Source: Escherichia phage FFH2
Length of the DNA: 64,000 bases
Sequence record: KJ190158
Strand: one strand, 5' to 3'
A model generated the notes under the pieces. That model ran no database searches. It saw nothing but the letters and a program-made list of their open reading frames with translations, and was not told the origin of the DNA. A program made the translations under genes and the position numbers. Position 1 is the stretch's first letter; every line of letters begins with the position of its first letter. Positions 38,036 through 46,769 of this stretch are shown in pieces.

Positions 38036-38659
38036 TTATGAAAAACTCATCTCTCCATATTCATCTACATCAAACCGCCAATCATTGGCCTCAATAAGGC
38101 CGATCAGGTTTTCGGTAGTGAACTGCTCTAGATAGGCCTCCTCCAGGTCTACGTAAACCTTGCGGGATAGCTCCCGTACCGTCTCGGTGATCAGCTCTTC
38201 CAGGTCTTCCACTTTGTTTTCTTGTTTGGCGGTCAGATCTAGCCAGGTGGTATCAATGTATCCGCTTACAGTGTTTTCATGGCTGTAATGGCTGTACTTG
38301 TCGCGTTCAATACTGGCTGATAACTCGCCATCGTGCATTGTGCCGAACAAGTGACGAATTGATCGGAACTTGGTCAGGGCCTTTACTTTACGCAAGAATT
38401 TTTCTAAATCCACGTTTTCAGCACTGATTGACGCGCCGTCACCCTGGCACCAAAAGCCGGACCAATGTACATCGGTATCTTCAAGGCCGTACTCTGGAAA
38501 AACTTGTTCTTTATAATATTCAATTACACTTTCTGCGAAAAAATCCTCTCCGCTGTGTTCTTCTCTTTCGCGGACCATTTCAATAGCTTTTTCTTTTTGT
38601 TCGTCGGTCAGCACGTCGAAAGATAAATTGCAACCTGTGGTAATGTTAACGGTGGTCAT
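38036..38659 (-). CDS. hypothetical strongly acidic protein (207 aa)
   Basis: RBS aggagaaaat; very high Asp/Glu content. Confidence 0.5.
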   Translation of the reverse strand: MTTVNITTGCNLSFDVLTDEQKEKAIEMVREREEHSGEDFFAESVIEYYKEQVFPEYGLEDTDVHWSGFWCQGDGASISAENVDLEKFLRKVKALTKFRSIRHLFGTMHDGELSASIERDKYSHYSHENTVSGYIDTTWLDLTAKQENKVEDLEELITETVRELSRKVYVDLEEAYLEQFTTENLIGLIEANDWRFDVDEYGEMSFS

Positions 38660-38733
38660 GATATTTTCTCCTGTTTTCTTTGTTAGTGGCGGGAAGTTTT
38701 CCCGCCTGTGTGTTTAATTATACTTATTGAGAT

Positions 38734-38994
38734 TTACTTGTCAACACTATTTTTTAAATTATTGTGGCGCAAAATGTTTAAAATCTCTTCAACGTCATCA
38801 ACACGGCGGCAATTTTTAAACGCTACCAATTGCCCCATGATTTTAATCACTGGGCGGCCTTGCCAGTGCCCCTGGAGAAAGCGCGCCTTGACTTTATCGG
38901 TGGGACTATCACGCCACCAAATGGCCTTGTTATTGCAGTAGTAAAAATTATTCAGGACAATATCAACTTTATCAAAATTTTTTAATTTACGCAT
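38734..38994 (-). CDS. hypothetical basic protein
   Basis: RBS aaggagtaaac. Confidence 0.45.
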   Translation of the reverse strand: MRKLKNFDKVDIVLNNFYYCNNKAIWWRDSPTDKVKARFLQGHWQGRPVIKIMGQLVAFKNCRRVDDVEEILNILRHNNLKNSVDK

Positions 38995-39239
38995 AGTGTT
39001 TACTCCTTCCTTCTTGCTTTGATGTGGTTAGTATATCCGGACTATTCCAAGGTGTCAAGCTTTAAATAAAATCACTGTCAATGATATTTTTAACACCATA
39101 AAACGGCCCTAGGCGATGTTTTCAGGTTAATAAAGGGGATTGCATAGGTAGGGGCTTTTGTGGCGTTTGTGGGGCCAACCAGGGGCGCTATTCGTAGGAT
39201 AGAAATAAAAAGCCCCGCACAATGGCGGGGCGTTGGTTG

Positions 39240-39437
39240 CTATTTGTCTTTGTGGCGGTATCGTTCCGCCTGTCGTTCACGTTCCAAAAGCAGGCCCGGT
39301 AATTTGCGATCATAGTGATTTCTCCAGATCTTCCCGAACCTTTTCGGTTTATTCAGTTTATTGTTACGCTGGCGGCGTTCCGGCAGCTCTTCGGAATCGT
39401 GGGGGCGCTTTACAATTTTTTCGAAATTAATTTTCAT
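39240..39437 (-). CDS. hypothetical basic protein
   Basis: ATG 39437 after aagggggcg. Confidence 0.4.
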   Translation of the reverse strand: MKINFEKIVKRPHDSEELPERRQRNNKLNKPKRFGKIWRNHYDRKLPGLLLERERQAERYRHKDK

Positions 39438-39780
39438 AAACGCCCCCTTTACTGATCTCAATATTTGCCTGAATCGCCCGGATACGACGTTTTATAGTCT
39501 CCTGATCCTTGCAATCATATCCCCAAAAGTCTACGATTTTTGCGCCGCCAGCCTTTAAGCGGTATAATGTTTCTTGCATCTTGTAAGCTGGGATCGGTCT
39601 CGGTGTTACCTGGTCCCCTTTCCCATCCTTGTACTTGATAATGTAGTCTTCGTTGTCGTTGAATACCCAAAATGGGTATTCTGTAAGCGCGTTGCTCTCT
39701 TTTTCGTTTTTGGATTGGATCTTGTTTACAATTAAAGCCGTAGCAATAGCGCCAATAATAAAACTTGCCCCGCTGATCAT
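39427..39780 (-). CDS. hypothetical protein with N-terminal TM helix
   Basis: ATG 39780 after aaaggagaaag. Confidence 0.45.
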   Translation of the reverse strand: MISGASFIIGAIATALIVNKIQSKNEKESNALTEYPFWVFNDNEDYIIKYKDGKGDQVTPRPIPAYKMQETLYRLKAGGAKIVDFWGYDCKDQETIKRRIRAIQANIEISKGGVYEN

Positions 39781-39856
39781 GTTACTTTCTCCTTTCATTG
39801 TGCTGATAAACTATCTTTATAGATGGCCCTGCCACCAGGACCACCGAAAAAACAGT

Positions 39857-40102
39857 TTATTTGACGATACCGACAAAACAGATCCCGCCTTCCCCTATAT
39901 AGGCAATATCGGTAATTTTATAATTTGTCAAGATCCGCGTGTTCAGATCATTAATAAAATCGGTCATCGCGTTGGTGTAGTTGTCTTCCGTGTCTAAGGC
40001 ATAATCCCAGGTGTAAACCTTTTTACGTCCGAAGCCTTTTACCATGATACGGGCGCTTTTGGTGTTGGTAGGGGCATAATATTTGGTAATTAGTGCGGCC
40101 AT
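39857..40102 (-). CDS. hypothetical protein
   Basis: RBS agaggag. Confidence 0.45.
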   Translation of the reverse strand: MAALITKYYAPTNTKSARIMVKGFGRKKVYTWDYALDTEDNYTNAMTDFINDLNTRILTNYKITDIAYIGEGGICFVGIVK

Positions 40103-40191
40103 TGTTTTAACTCCTCTATATTAGTTCAGTGTTAACAGTGTAAAGTTTACTTTATTGATGGCCCTGGAGTCAAGGCCATCTAAAAATAAAT

Positions 40192-40533
40192 TTACTCGTT
40201 TTCTTCCAGTTCTGCAAGCTCTTCTTTCACTTCTTCAAGCTCTGTCTGTAATTCTTGGTATTCTTCATCGTCCTCAATATCCAGGCTGTCGATGTAGTCG
40301 CTAAATCCGCAGCGGTAAGCGATAGGATCTAGCTCCTTGAGGATACGCGACGGAAGAAAAGAAATGTTTCCGATCATAATTTCGCCGTAGATCTCGTCTA
40401 ACCATTCATCATAGTTTTCGTCGTACTTGTCCTCGTCGATTTCAAAGTTATCGATCTTATTCTCAAGGTCTGCGATCTGTTTTTTCAGCGCGGCGATCTG
40501 CATGGCTTTTTCTGCGGCGGTCATAGTAGTCAT
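40192..40533 (-). CDS. hypothetical acidic coiled-coil protein
   Basis: RBS aaaggagaaaac. Confidence 0.45.
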   Translation of the reverse strand: MTTMTAAEKAMQIAALKKQIADLENKIDNFEIDEDKYDENYDEWLDEIYGEIMIGNISFLPSRILKELDPIAYRCGFSDYIDSLDIEDDEEYQELQTELEEVKEELAELEENE

Positions 40534-40611
40534 GGTGTTTTCTCCTTTTGTGTGTTCTGGGAAGTTTTCCCGTTTATGTGTTTAGTATACTGATCTAAGT
40601 TAGCTTGTCAA

Positions 40612-40731
40612 TTAAAAGTTTAAGAAAAATTTTGCGATACCGTTGGCGCTACCCATCAACATTTGCGCCAGGATGTAACCAATGATGCAAACGATAATAG
40701 TTACCTTTGTGTGCTGGCGTGTAGTACTCAT
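40612..40731 (-). CDS. Small membrane peptide (39 aa)
   Basis: Strong RBS aaaaggagg; MSTTRQHTKVTIIVCIIGYILAQMLMGSANGIAKFFLNF. Confidence 0.4.
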   Translation of the reverse strand: MSTTRQHTKVTIIVCIIGYILAQMLMGSANGIAKFFLNF

Positions 40732-40810
40732 CTTCAAGCCTCCTTTTAGCTTAACTGGGATTAGTTTACTTTATTGATGGCCCTGGCGTCAAGACCATCT
40801 AAAAATAAAC

Positions 40811-41206
40811 TTAGTAAGTTTTCAGTACTTTCCCGTCCAATCTGTCAAGCTGGATCTCGATAGCTGCAGAAAACCTATTATAAACCACATCGCCCATGGA
40901 GTCCAGCCAATCTATGACGTTATACACCTGCTCTTTATTCTTGCAAGTCCGGATCCGTTTCATTACGTAAGACGGATCAATATTAGTGCTCTCGTTGTTG
41001 TGGTCATGCGCCTGGCCTGCTGCATTAGTTATAGATTTTACAACCACCTGAAAGGGCTTTAAGGTGCCTTTTGCGTTCATCTCACGCGCTTTTGCGGCGC
41101 GGTTGTTATATGTTACACAACGGCGGCAAATGTTGACCAAATGCATATCAATAATTTTTTCATCGTTTGCCAGTTCGTTCATGATGCGGCGTACGTTCTT
41201 ATTCAT
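40811..41206 (-). CDS. hypothetical protein
   Basis: RBS aaaggaaaaag. Confidence 0.45.
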   Translation of the reverse strand: MNKNVRRIMNELANDEKIIDMHLVNICRRCVTYNNRAAKAREMNAKGTLKPFQVVVKSITNAAGQAHDHNNESTNIDPSYVMKRIRTCKNKEQVYNVIDWLDSMGDVVYNRFSAAIEIQLDRLDGKVLKTY

Positions 41207-41292
41207 GATCTTTTTCCTTTGTGTTGGCGGGAAACATTCCCGCCTTTTGTGCCCAGTTTACTTTAATTTTGCAGCGTGTCAATAATTTTTTT

Positions 41293-41691
41293 TTATTCGT
41301 GGGCGCATGTCACAATGTGCTTTTTATACCCCAGGTGGGCAGCAAGTGCTGACAAAAACTCATCTTCATAGATCCAGCCGTTGGCAGTGATCCCCATAGC
41401 ATTTAACGCGCTTTCAAGTGCTGCATTGGCCTTATCATAACCGTGACCGCTCGCCTTGCCACCAGTATAACCGTACTTGTTGTTCTTGCTGTCGTGCATC
41501 CAAAAGACGCAATAATGAGTGTTACCGCTGGAGGCGGCATAGTACCGGATCTCCGCTACTTCGTGCAAATTATTATCATCGTCCAGGCCAACCAGATTAT
41601 AAGCCTTGTAAAATCCACGATCACGGCGGCAGTTCTTGACATCAGAAAAAGAGAAGTCGGCATTGTCAAAATTAAAGGTTGTGGTTTTCAT
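41293..41691 (-). CDS. hypothetical protein
   Basis: RBS aagaggataaaatc. Confidence 0.45.
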   Translation of the reverse strand: MKTTTFNFDNADFSFSDVKNCRRDRGFYKAYNLVGLDDDNNLHEVAEIRYYAASSGNTHYCVFWMHDSKNNKYGYTGGKASGHGYDKANAALESALNAMGITANGWIYEDEFLSALAAHLGYKKHIVTCAHE

Positions 41692-41755
41692 GATTTTATC
41701 CTCTTAGTGTCTTTTGTGATTTCAGTATATTTTGTGTCGGGGCGTATGTCAATAC

Positions 41756-41953
41756 TTATTTTTTATTAAACCAGTGATTGATCTGACCTTTTGTCAGGGC
41801 GCAACGATTAAGTTGGTGCCGGGTATAGCTCTGACCGCGACGGAATTTATAAAGGCCTTGCCCGTTGTTGATGGTTACGTCCACCTGGCAAACCATTTGA
41901 TCGGTGACCACCTGGCGAGCGTTGCGACGTACTTTGATTCCGTAGGCGTTCAT
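41756..41953 (-). CDS. hypothetical basic protein
   Basis: RBS gagaggataaaaaatc. Confidence 0.45.
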   Translation of the reverse strand: MNAYGIKVRRNARQVVTDQMVCQVDVTINNGQGLYKFRRGQSYTRHQLNRCALTKGQINHWFNKK

Positions 41954-42038
41954 GATTTTTTATCCTCTCTGTTAATTAGTGTGGTGTTGTTCACCTTGCG
42001 AGGATAAGAATAACAAGAACTGTCCGAGCTGTCAACTA

Positions 42039-42215
42039 TTAGTTAAAATTATTTTTTGGGCGGAATTCTCCAGCCGCCGCCCCTGCCAGGTTAACCATCA
42101 TTTTTTCGTACTCTTCTTTATATTCCAACGCTCCCGCTATAGCCTTTTCAACCAGGGCGATAGCCTCAGCGTCATTAATAGCTACATTTTCCAGGGGGAT
42201 CATATTACCTTTCAT
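42039..42215 (-). CDS. hypothetical small protein (58 aa)
   Basis: Strong RBS agaggaggtacaaaa then ATG; first gene downstream of repeat region on minus strand. Confidence 0.45.
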   Translation of the reverse strand: MKGNMIPLENVAINDAEAIALVEKAIAGALEYKEEYEKMMVNLAGAAAGEFRPKNNFN

Positions 42216-42474
42216 TTTTGTACCTCCTCTTCAATTGTTACCTATCCTATAGCATAGGCCCACCAGGTTTACAAGCCTTCATTCTCTCCTACCTGGTCAG
42301 TTAGGTCCTGCCAGGCTGGCCCCACTAGGTTGCAGCGGTTAGTGCATCAGGTTAGAAAAATTTTTTGAAAAGTGTTGACAGCGGCCCCGCCAGGTGGCAC
42401 AATATACCTATCGAAAGGACGGCAGGCACCGGTGACGGGGGAGACAACCACCGGGGATGGGCGCTGCATAAAAT

Positions 42475-42497
42475 GAGAACGGTTATCATTATCATTT
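42475..42497. promoter_or_regulatory. Fur-box-like site
   Basis: Reverse complement aaatgataatgataaccgttctc matches GATAATGATAATCATTATC at about 16 of 19. Confidence 0.4.
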
Positions 42498-42610
42498 AAA
42501 AATTTATGCAAAAAATCCTTGCTTTCTTTGTCCTGTGTGATACTATAATAACAAGCCGGGGCAACAGGGGCCGGGAGACAATCACCGGGCCTGCCCGTTA
42601 TTCTGCAAAC

Positions 42611-42627
42611 GAGAATGATTATCATTC
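42611..42627. promoter_or_regulatory. Fur-box-like site
   Basis: gagaatgattatcattc / rc gaatgataatcattctc matches Fur consensus at about 15 of 16. Confidence 0.4.
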
Positions 42628-43231
42628 AAAATTCTAAATGAGAACTCCTCGCATTTAATAAATTTAATTAGCACGCTAATTACACTCCGTAACAATTTAC
42701 TATAAAATAGTATCCACTAAAATATTCCCATATAGAAATTTTAAAAATCCATTTCTGAAAACGAAAAATCGATTTCGTCCCTAAAAATTTCAGGCCTAGA
42801 TCCGGAACGATTTCCAGAAAATCCGATTCAGAAAACGAAAAACAGATCGAGTACTGAGAAATTTATCGAGAAAAATTTTCAGAAAATCCAAGCCCTGAAA
42901 TGAAAAGTAGATCGAGTACCTGGAAAGCTGCACCGCAACTTCAAGATAGTGGTTAGATTGTTACCATAGAAGGTCAAGGGTAAGTGGAGGAAGTTCTAGT
43001 AGAGGGAGGTTAGCATGTGTGGGAAATCTATAATGGTGGCCTGGAATATAGTGCAAACGATAGGATGAGTTATTCAGCTTGTCGCGCCTACTCTGAAAAA
43101 TCCATTTTAGTTTTCGATCCATTTTCTGATTTTCTAAGAATTTTAAAATATCCGGCCCGGTGAAATATCAAAAGGAGGAAATCCATTTTAGAAATCCCCC
43201 TTATACTTGATATGCCAGGAATTTTCAAGTA

Positions 43232-43561
43232 TCAGCTGTCTTTGTTTTTAGGTTTGTACATGCGCAGAGGTATGGTCTTTGTAACATTCCATTTCCTCAA
43301 CCCTTCCCAGCTCCAGTTGTGGGCGTGATACCCGGTTATGCATGCACTGCTGGCGTGATCATAAGCATAAGAGAACGCTATGTGCACCAGGTGGGGCCAG
43401 TCCTTCCACGGCTGTGGACCGTAAGCCTTTCTCCAACACCGACACAAACTAATTGTCTCAAGAATAGGGAGAATAACAATTCCATATACCACCACCAGAA
43501 TGGTCAGTGCAATGATTGTCAGGAACACATACCCTGCAGTTGAAATGATGATCTCTGTCAT
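43232..43561 (-). CDS. Membrane protein
   Basis: N-terminal TM segments IIISTAGYVFLTIIALTILVVVYGIVILPIL. Confidence 0.5.
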   Translation of the reverse strand: MTEIIISTAGYVFLTIIALTILVVVYGIVILPILETISLCRCWRKAYGPQPWKDWPHLVHIAFSYAYDHASSACITGYHAHNWSWEGLRKWNVTKTIPLRMYKPKNKDS

Positions 43562-43761
43562 TTGTCGTCCCCTTTCTTACGAATATAGATGTGAGAGCCT
43601 GCCTGTATATAAATTTCTCGACCATCCTCTGCAAAGATATGAAATACACGATCACCTTCGTACTCGATACGAGATATCTTCATAATGGTCTTTCCACCTG
43701 GGATACGGATCTCGTCCCCCACAGCGATGTTCCATGCAGATTTAAGCTTAAACATCTGCAC
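43558..43761 (-). CDS. hypothetical protein
   Basis: RBS aaggaggg. Confidence 0.45.
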   Translation of the reverse strand: MQMFKLKSAWNIAVGDEIRIPGGKTIMKISRIEYEGDRVFHIFAEDGREIYIQAGSHIYIRKKGDDK

Positions 43762-43993
43762 CCTCCTTTGGGAACTTGAACTCTGGCATAGCCATATACG
43801 CTACAACAGGGTTGTGATCAAAGTAGAACTGACCGTTAATTATCCCGGTTTTGTCCACATAGTTACCAGATCCTGCAAGAACAACCTCGCAAGCTCCGAA
43901 ATCCACATTGCCATTCTCATCTGCCATGGCTACAATATACTTTCCTAGAGGCATGTTTTTAACGCCGTCTACAAATGTCCACCCTTTGTTCAT
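43748..43993 (-). CDS. hypothetical protein
   Basis: RBS aggagat. Confidence 0.45.
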   Translation of the reverse strand: MNKGWTFVDGVKNMPLGKYIVAMADENGNVDFGACEVVLAGSGNYVDKTGIINGQFYFDHNPVVAYMAMPEFKFPKEGADV

Positions 43994-44014
43994 AACTTTA
44001 TCTCCTGGACTTTC

Positions 44015-44347
44015 TTAAGGTAACCAGTAAACAATTTCGCCTTTCAGTTCCATGTCGTTACCGACATAGATTTTCCAGCCATCCATTTTAGCCACTGCAG
44101 GAGTGAAGTCCGAAGAACCACTAACCTCTTTCCAAGTCCCGTAGTCAGGTTGCCAGATATAGAATCCACCTTCCTTGTCCCATGCTCCATATACCACATC
44201 GAGCAGGTTGCCCATTGCAACAATAGTAGGCCGTGGGAACAATGCATCTACAGATGCGCCACAATATCTAGTATCTTTTAAATTGCACTCCCAAAAGATG
44301 TCTGCCAGTGTGGCGGCGATAGCTTTACGTCTTTCTAATGTTACCAT
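44015..44347 (-). CDS. hypothetical protein
   Basis: ORF only. Confidence 0.45.
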   Translation of the reverse strand: MVTLERRKAIAATLADIFWECNLKDTRYCGASVDALFPRPTIVAMGNLLDVVYGAWDKEGGFYIWQPDYGTWKEVSGSSDFTPAVAKMDGWKIYVGNDMELKGEIVYWLP

Positions 44348-44354
44348 ATCATAC

Positions 44355-44546
44355 TCACTTGTTGTTGATAAGTTCTAAAACTTTCTGTCTTACTTTGTCA
44401 AGGTCTGTGGATTCAAAAACTGTACGATATCCCCAACTTTGCCCATAGGAGTGACTGCAATCCCCGTAGCACCATTGCTCAATTTGATAGTATTCAAGGA
44501 ACGGGTGCTGTCTAACTATGATACCATCCCGGTTAAAAATTACCAT
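44355..44546 (-). CDS. hypothetical protein
   Basis: ORF only. Confidence 0.4.
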   Translation of the reverse strand: MVIFNRDGIIVRQHPFLEYYQIEQWCYGDCSHSYGQSWGYRTVFESTDLDKVRQKVLELINNK

Positions 44547-44609
44547 AATACATCACTCTCTGTTAGTTTATGCATATATTATACACTGCAGTTTTCAGAT
44601 GTCAATCTT

Positions 44610-44804
44610 TTACAGGTTACTCCAGTATAATCGGCATTTACATTTTGGGCAATAAGGTTCTTTTATGTAATAACCATCAGTCTTTGGAACACTTTTTGGT
44701 GCAGTTTTAAGATTGTACCTGGTAAAACATCGGAAGCAGGTTACCTCTCCCACCTGTTGATCGTTGATCCACTCACCAGAGTAAAGCTCTTTCTTGTTTC
44801 TCAT
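44610..44804 (-). CDS. Small C4 zinc-ribbon protein
   Basis: ATG 44804 after gggagag; CFRCF..CPKCKC. Confidence 0.45.
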   Translation of the reverse strand: MRNKKELYSGEWINDQQVGEVTCFRCFTRYNLKTAPKSVPKTDGYYIKEPYCPKCKCRLYWSNL

Positions 44805-45054
44805 AATTCTCTCCCAAATCCTCTGCAATCTTATACCAAAATCTCCAGCCAGAAAGCACACGGGAACACTTTGAGGATTGAATCTTTACTTGGCTCGGAA
44901 GTTCTTTTTCCGTATGGTAGGTAGAAATACCCTCCTGCAGACTCTAACACAGCCCCTTCGGTTGTATCTATCACAGCCAGAATTAAGATTTTAGTCTCCA
45001 TAGTGCTCCCTCTCTCAATCGTTGTGGTGACTATACCATCTCAAAAACCAGCTG

Positions 45055-45552
45055 TCAACACTTTTTGTACTCCACCACGATAATATCCATATCAAAAGTG
45101 GCAAGGTTAATAACGTCCTCTACGTGCTCCCACTTCAAACCGCCTATGCCGCACCCGATCTTAGGGATGTAGAATGGTAAAGTCGATCCACTGAATACCT
45201 CATTGACTAGCTCAAAGCCTTTCAGGATTGAGAAATATTCAGCATTAGGTCCTGGGTAGAACTGAGTATACAGATTGATTCCGTAGACAATACCTCTCGG
45301 AGATAAGTGCTCCCATCGGGAGAACGCACCCAGTTTACTTAGGCAACCATGTCTGGTCTCTTTGTCAGCTGCCAATGCTTGAGGGAACTCACGGGCAATC
45401 TGTTTTGCTATCCCCTTGCCCATTGTGTGGAAGCAGTTACAACCGTGGATCAGGTGACCAGCACCACTCTTAAAAAGGGAGATTAAATCTCCCTCTACAG
45501 TATCAATAATCACGGTATGCCAGCTCCTCTTCCACAATTTCAAAAAACTCAT
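45055..45552 (-). CDS. Macro-domain protein (ADP-ribose binding/processing)
   Basis: GDLISLF..HGCNCFHTMGKGIAKQI and IPKIGCGIGG fit macro-domain Gly-rich motifs; start ATG 45552 assumed. Confidence 0.55.
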   Translation of the reverse strand: MSFLKLWKRSWHTVIIDTVEGDLISLFKSGAGHLIHGCNCFHTMGKGIAKQIAREFPQALAADKETRHGCLSKLGAFSRWEHLSPRGIVYGINLYTQFYPGPNAEYFSILKGFELVNEVFSGSTLPFYIPKIGCGIGGLKWEHVEDVINLATFDMDIIVVEYKKC

Positions 45553-45928
45553 CCCAACCTTGTGGCATATTTGAGTTACCGAAGTGGCTTTCATAGTAAA
45601 GGTTCTTACCGCTAGGAAGGTAGAAATCTGTTACCTCATAAAATCCACAATCGTCGCACTCACCTTCTTCAAACTTGGCCTTAACCTTAATACCGAGGAA
45701 GGTGAAAAGTTTATGGACATCTTCAGTTTCGAACTCCCAGGGAATGTTGTTTTCCGCATCGGTGTAGAACTGGATCAGCAGACCATTGTCCAGTTTACCA
45801 AAATACTCTGTGAAGTAACTTCCTTCCCAGAAATCTTTATGACAAATAATATCCATGCGTTTGCCCATAATAATGGTGTGAGCGTTTTGGGCATCGTCAC
45901 GAATCAGTTTTGGCATTTCATAGATCAT
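45503..45928 (-). CDS. hypothetical acidic protein
   Basis: ORF; overlaps macro-domain start. Confidence 0.45.
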   Translation of the reverse strand: MIYEMPKLIRDDAQNAHTIIMGKRMDIICHKDFWEGSYFTEYFGKLDNGLLIQFYTDAENNIPWEFETEDVHKLFTFLGIKVKAKFEEGECDDCGFYEVTDFYLPSGKNLYYESHFGNSNMPQGWDEFFEIVEEELAYRDY

Positions 45929-45996
45929 CTTAGTTCTCCGGGTTCAACAGGTGGTGGCGCTACAGGAAGATCATAAAACATAGCTATCACAGTCTC

Positions 45997-46194
45997 TTAC
46001 ACAGGAATTGCTTCAAACAGGCCGTTATCTATACCGTCCTTCAGATAGAGATTATATTCTATGTCGGTATCTGTGTAAAGGGCAGCATCCAGCATTCTAT
46101 CTGTGAGTCCATCCATTGGGTGGAGAAACCACCACCCACGCCAGTCAAAGTAACAGCCTGGTGCATCTTCTCTTACACGGATTCGATAAATCAT
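45997..46194 (-). CDS. hypothetical protein
   Basis: RBS aggaggcc. Confidence 0.45.
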   Translation of the reverse strand: MIYRIRVREDAPGCYFDWRGWWFLHPMDGLTDRMLDAALYTDTDIEYNLYLKDGIDNGLFEAIPV

Positions 46195-46290
46195 GGGCAG
46201 TGGCCTCCTGTTAGTTATACATCCCAGTTTTCTTCGTTCATCACGTCCTCCCGTTCTATGAAGTTATAATTGCACACCTTTCAACCTGTG

Positions 46291-46707
46291 TCAACAGAAA
46301 ACTTCAACAAATTCTTCCACAGTTTTAATGTCGTGGGAAAAAGGTTTACGGCTATAACGGGCAATAGCACTATCAACCACCGCCCGGTACTCTAAATCTT
46401 CAGAGTATTTCATGAAGCATTGTAGCGTCTCTGGACAGATAGCTAAATAGCTCCACCACCCCTCTTCAGATTGGTAGTCGAATCCCATACTCTCCAACCA
46501 TGAAGCGTACACACCTGCACCCTCTAGCCAGTGGGTATTTTCATCAAGAAATTTATTCACCGACATGTGTGCTTCCAGGCACTCGTCAAGCTCTTTTCCG
46601 TTAACCAGCCATGCACTGACTGTGGCGCATCCGAGGTCTACAGATTGAGTTGACAGGTTGTATTGGTCATAGTTCTCAGGTTTAACAATGATATCTTCTA
46701 ATGTCAT
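46291..46707 (-). CDS. hypothetical acidic protein
   Basis: RBS aaggagatctgaaa. Confidence 0.5.
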   Translation of the reverse strand: MTLEDIIVKPENYDQYNLSTQSVDLGCATVSAWLVNGKELDECLEAHMSVNKFLDENTHWLEGAGVYASWLESMGFDYQSEEGWWSYLAICPETLQCFMKYSEDLEYRAVVDSAIARYSRKPFSHDIKTVEEFVEVFC

Positions 46708-46721
46708 TTTTCAGATCTCCT

Positions 46722-46754
46722 TATACAAAAATGCCCCACCCTTTCGGGCAGGGC
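46722..46754 (-). terminator. Intrinsic terminator gccctgccc-gaaa-gggtggggc plus T-run
   Basis: 9-bp stem with GAAA tetraloop followed by attttt after SSB stop; identical copy at 58445-58474. Confidence 0.6.
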
Positions 46755-46769
46755 TATGTTAACTAGATG

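Larger units (their letters stand above)
42260..43230. repeat. ORF-free region with paired GC-hairpin/Fur-box-like modules and degenerate tandem repeats
   Basis: No ORF; gggagacaaYcaccggg x2, gagaaYgRttatcatt x2, three ~60-bp units at 42735-42920, AAATCCATTTT x3. Confidence 0.65.

Noticed and set aside
42660-43000. tRNA-like D-loop sequence gatagtggttagattg
   Set aside because: No matching T-loop or acceptor stem within tRNA distance on either strand.
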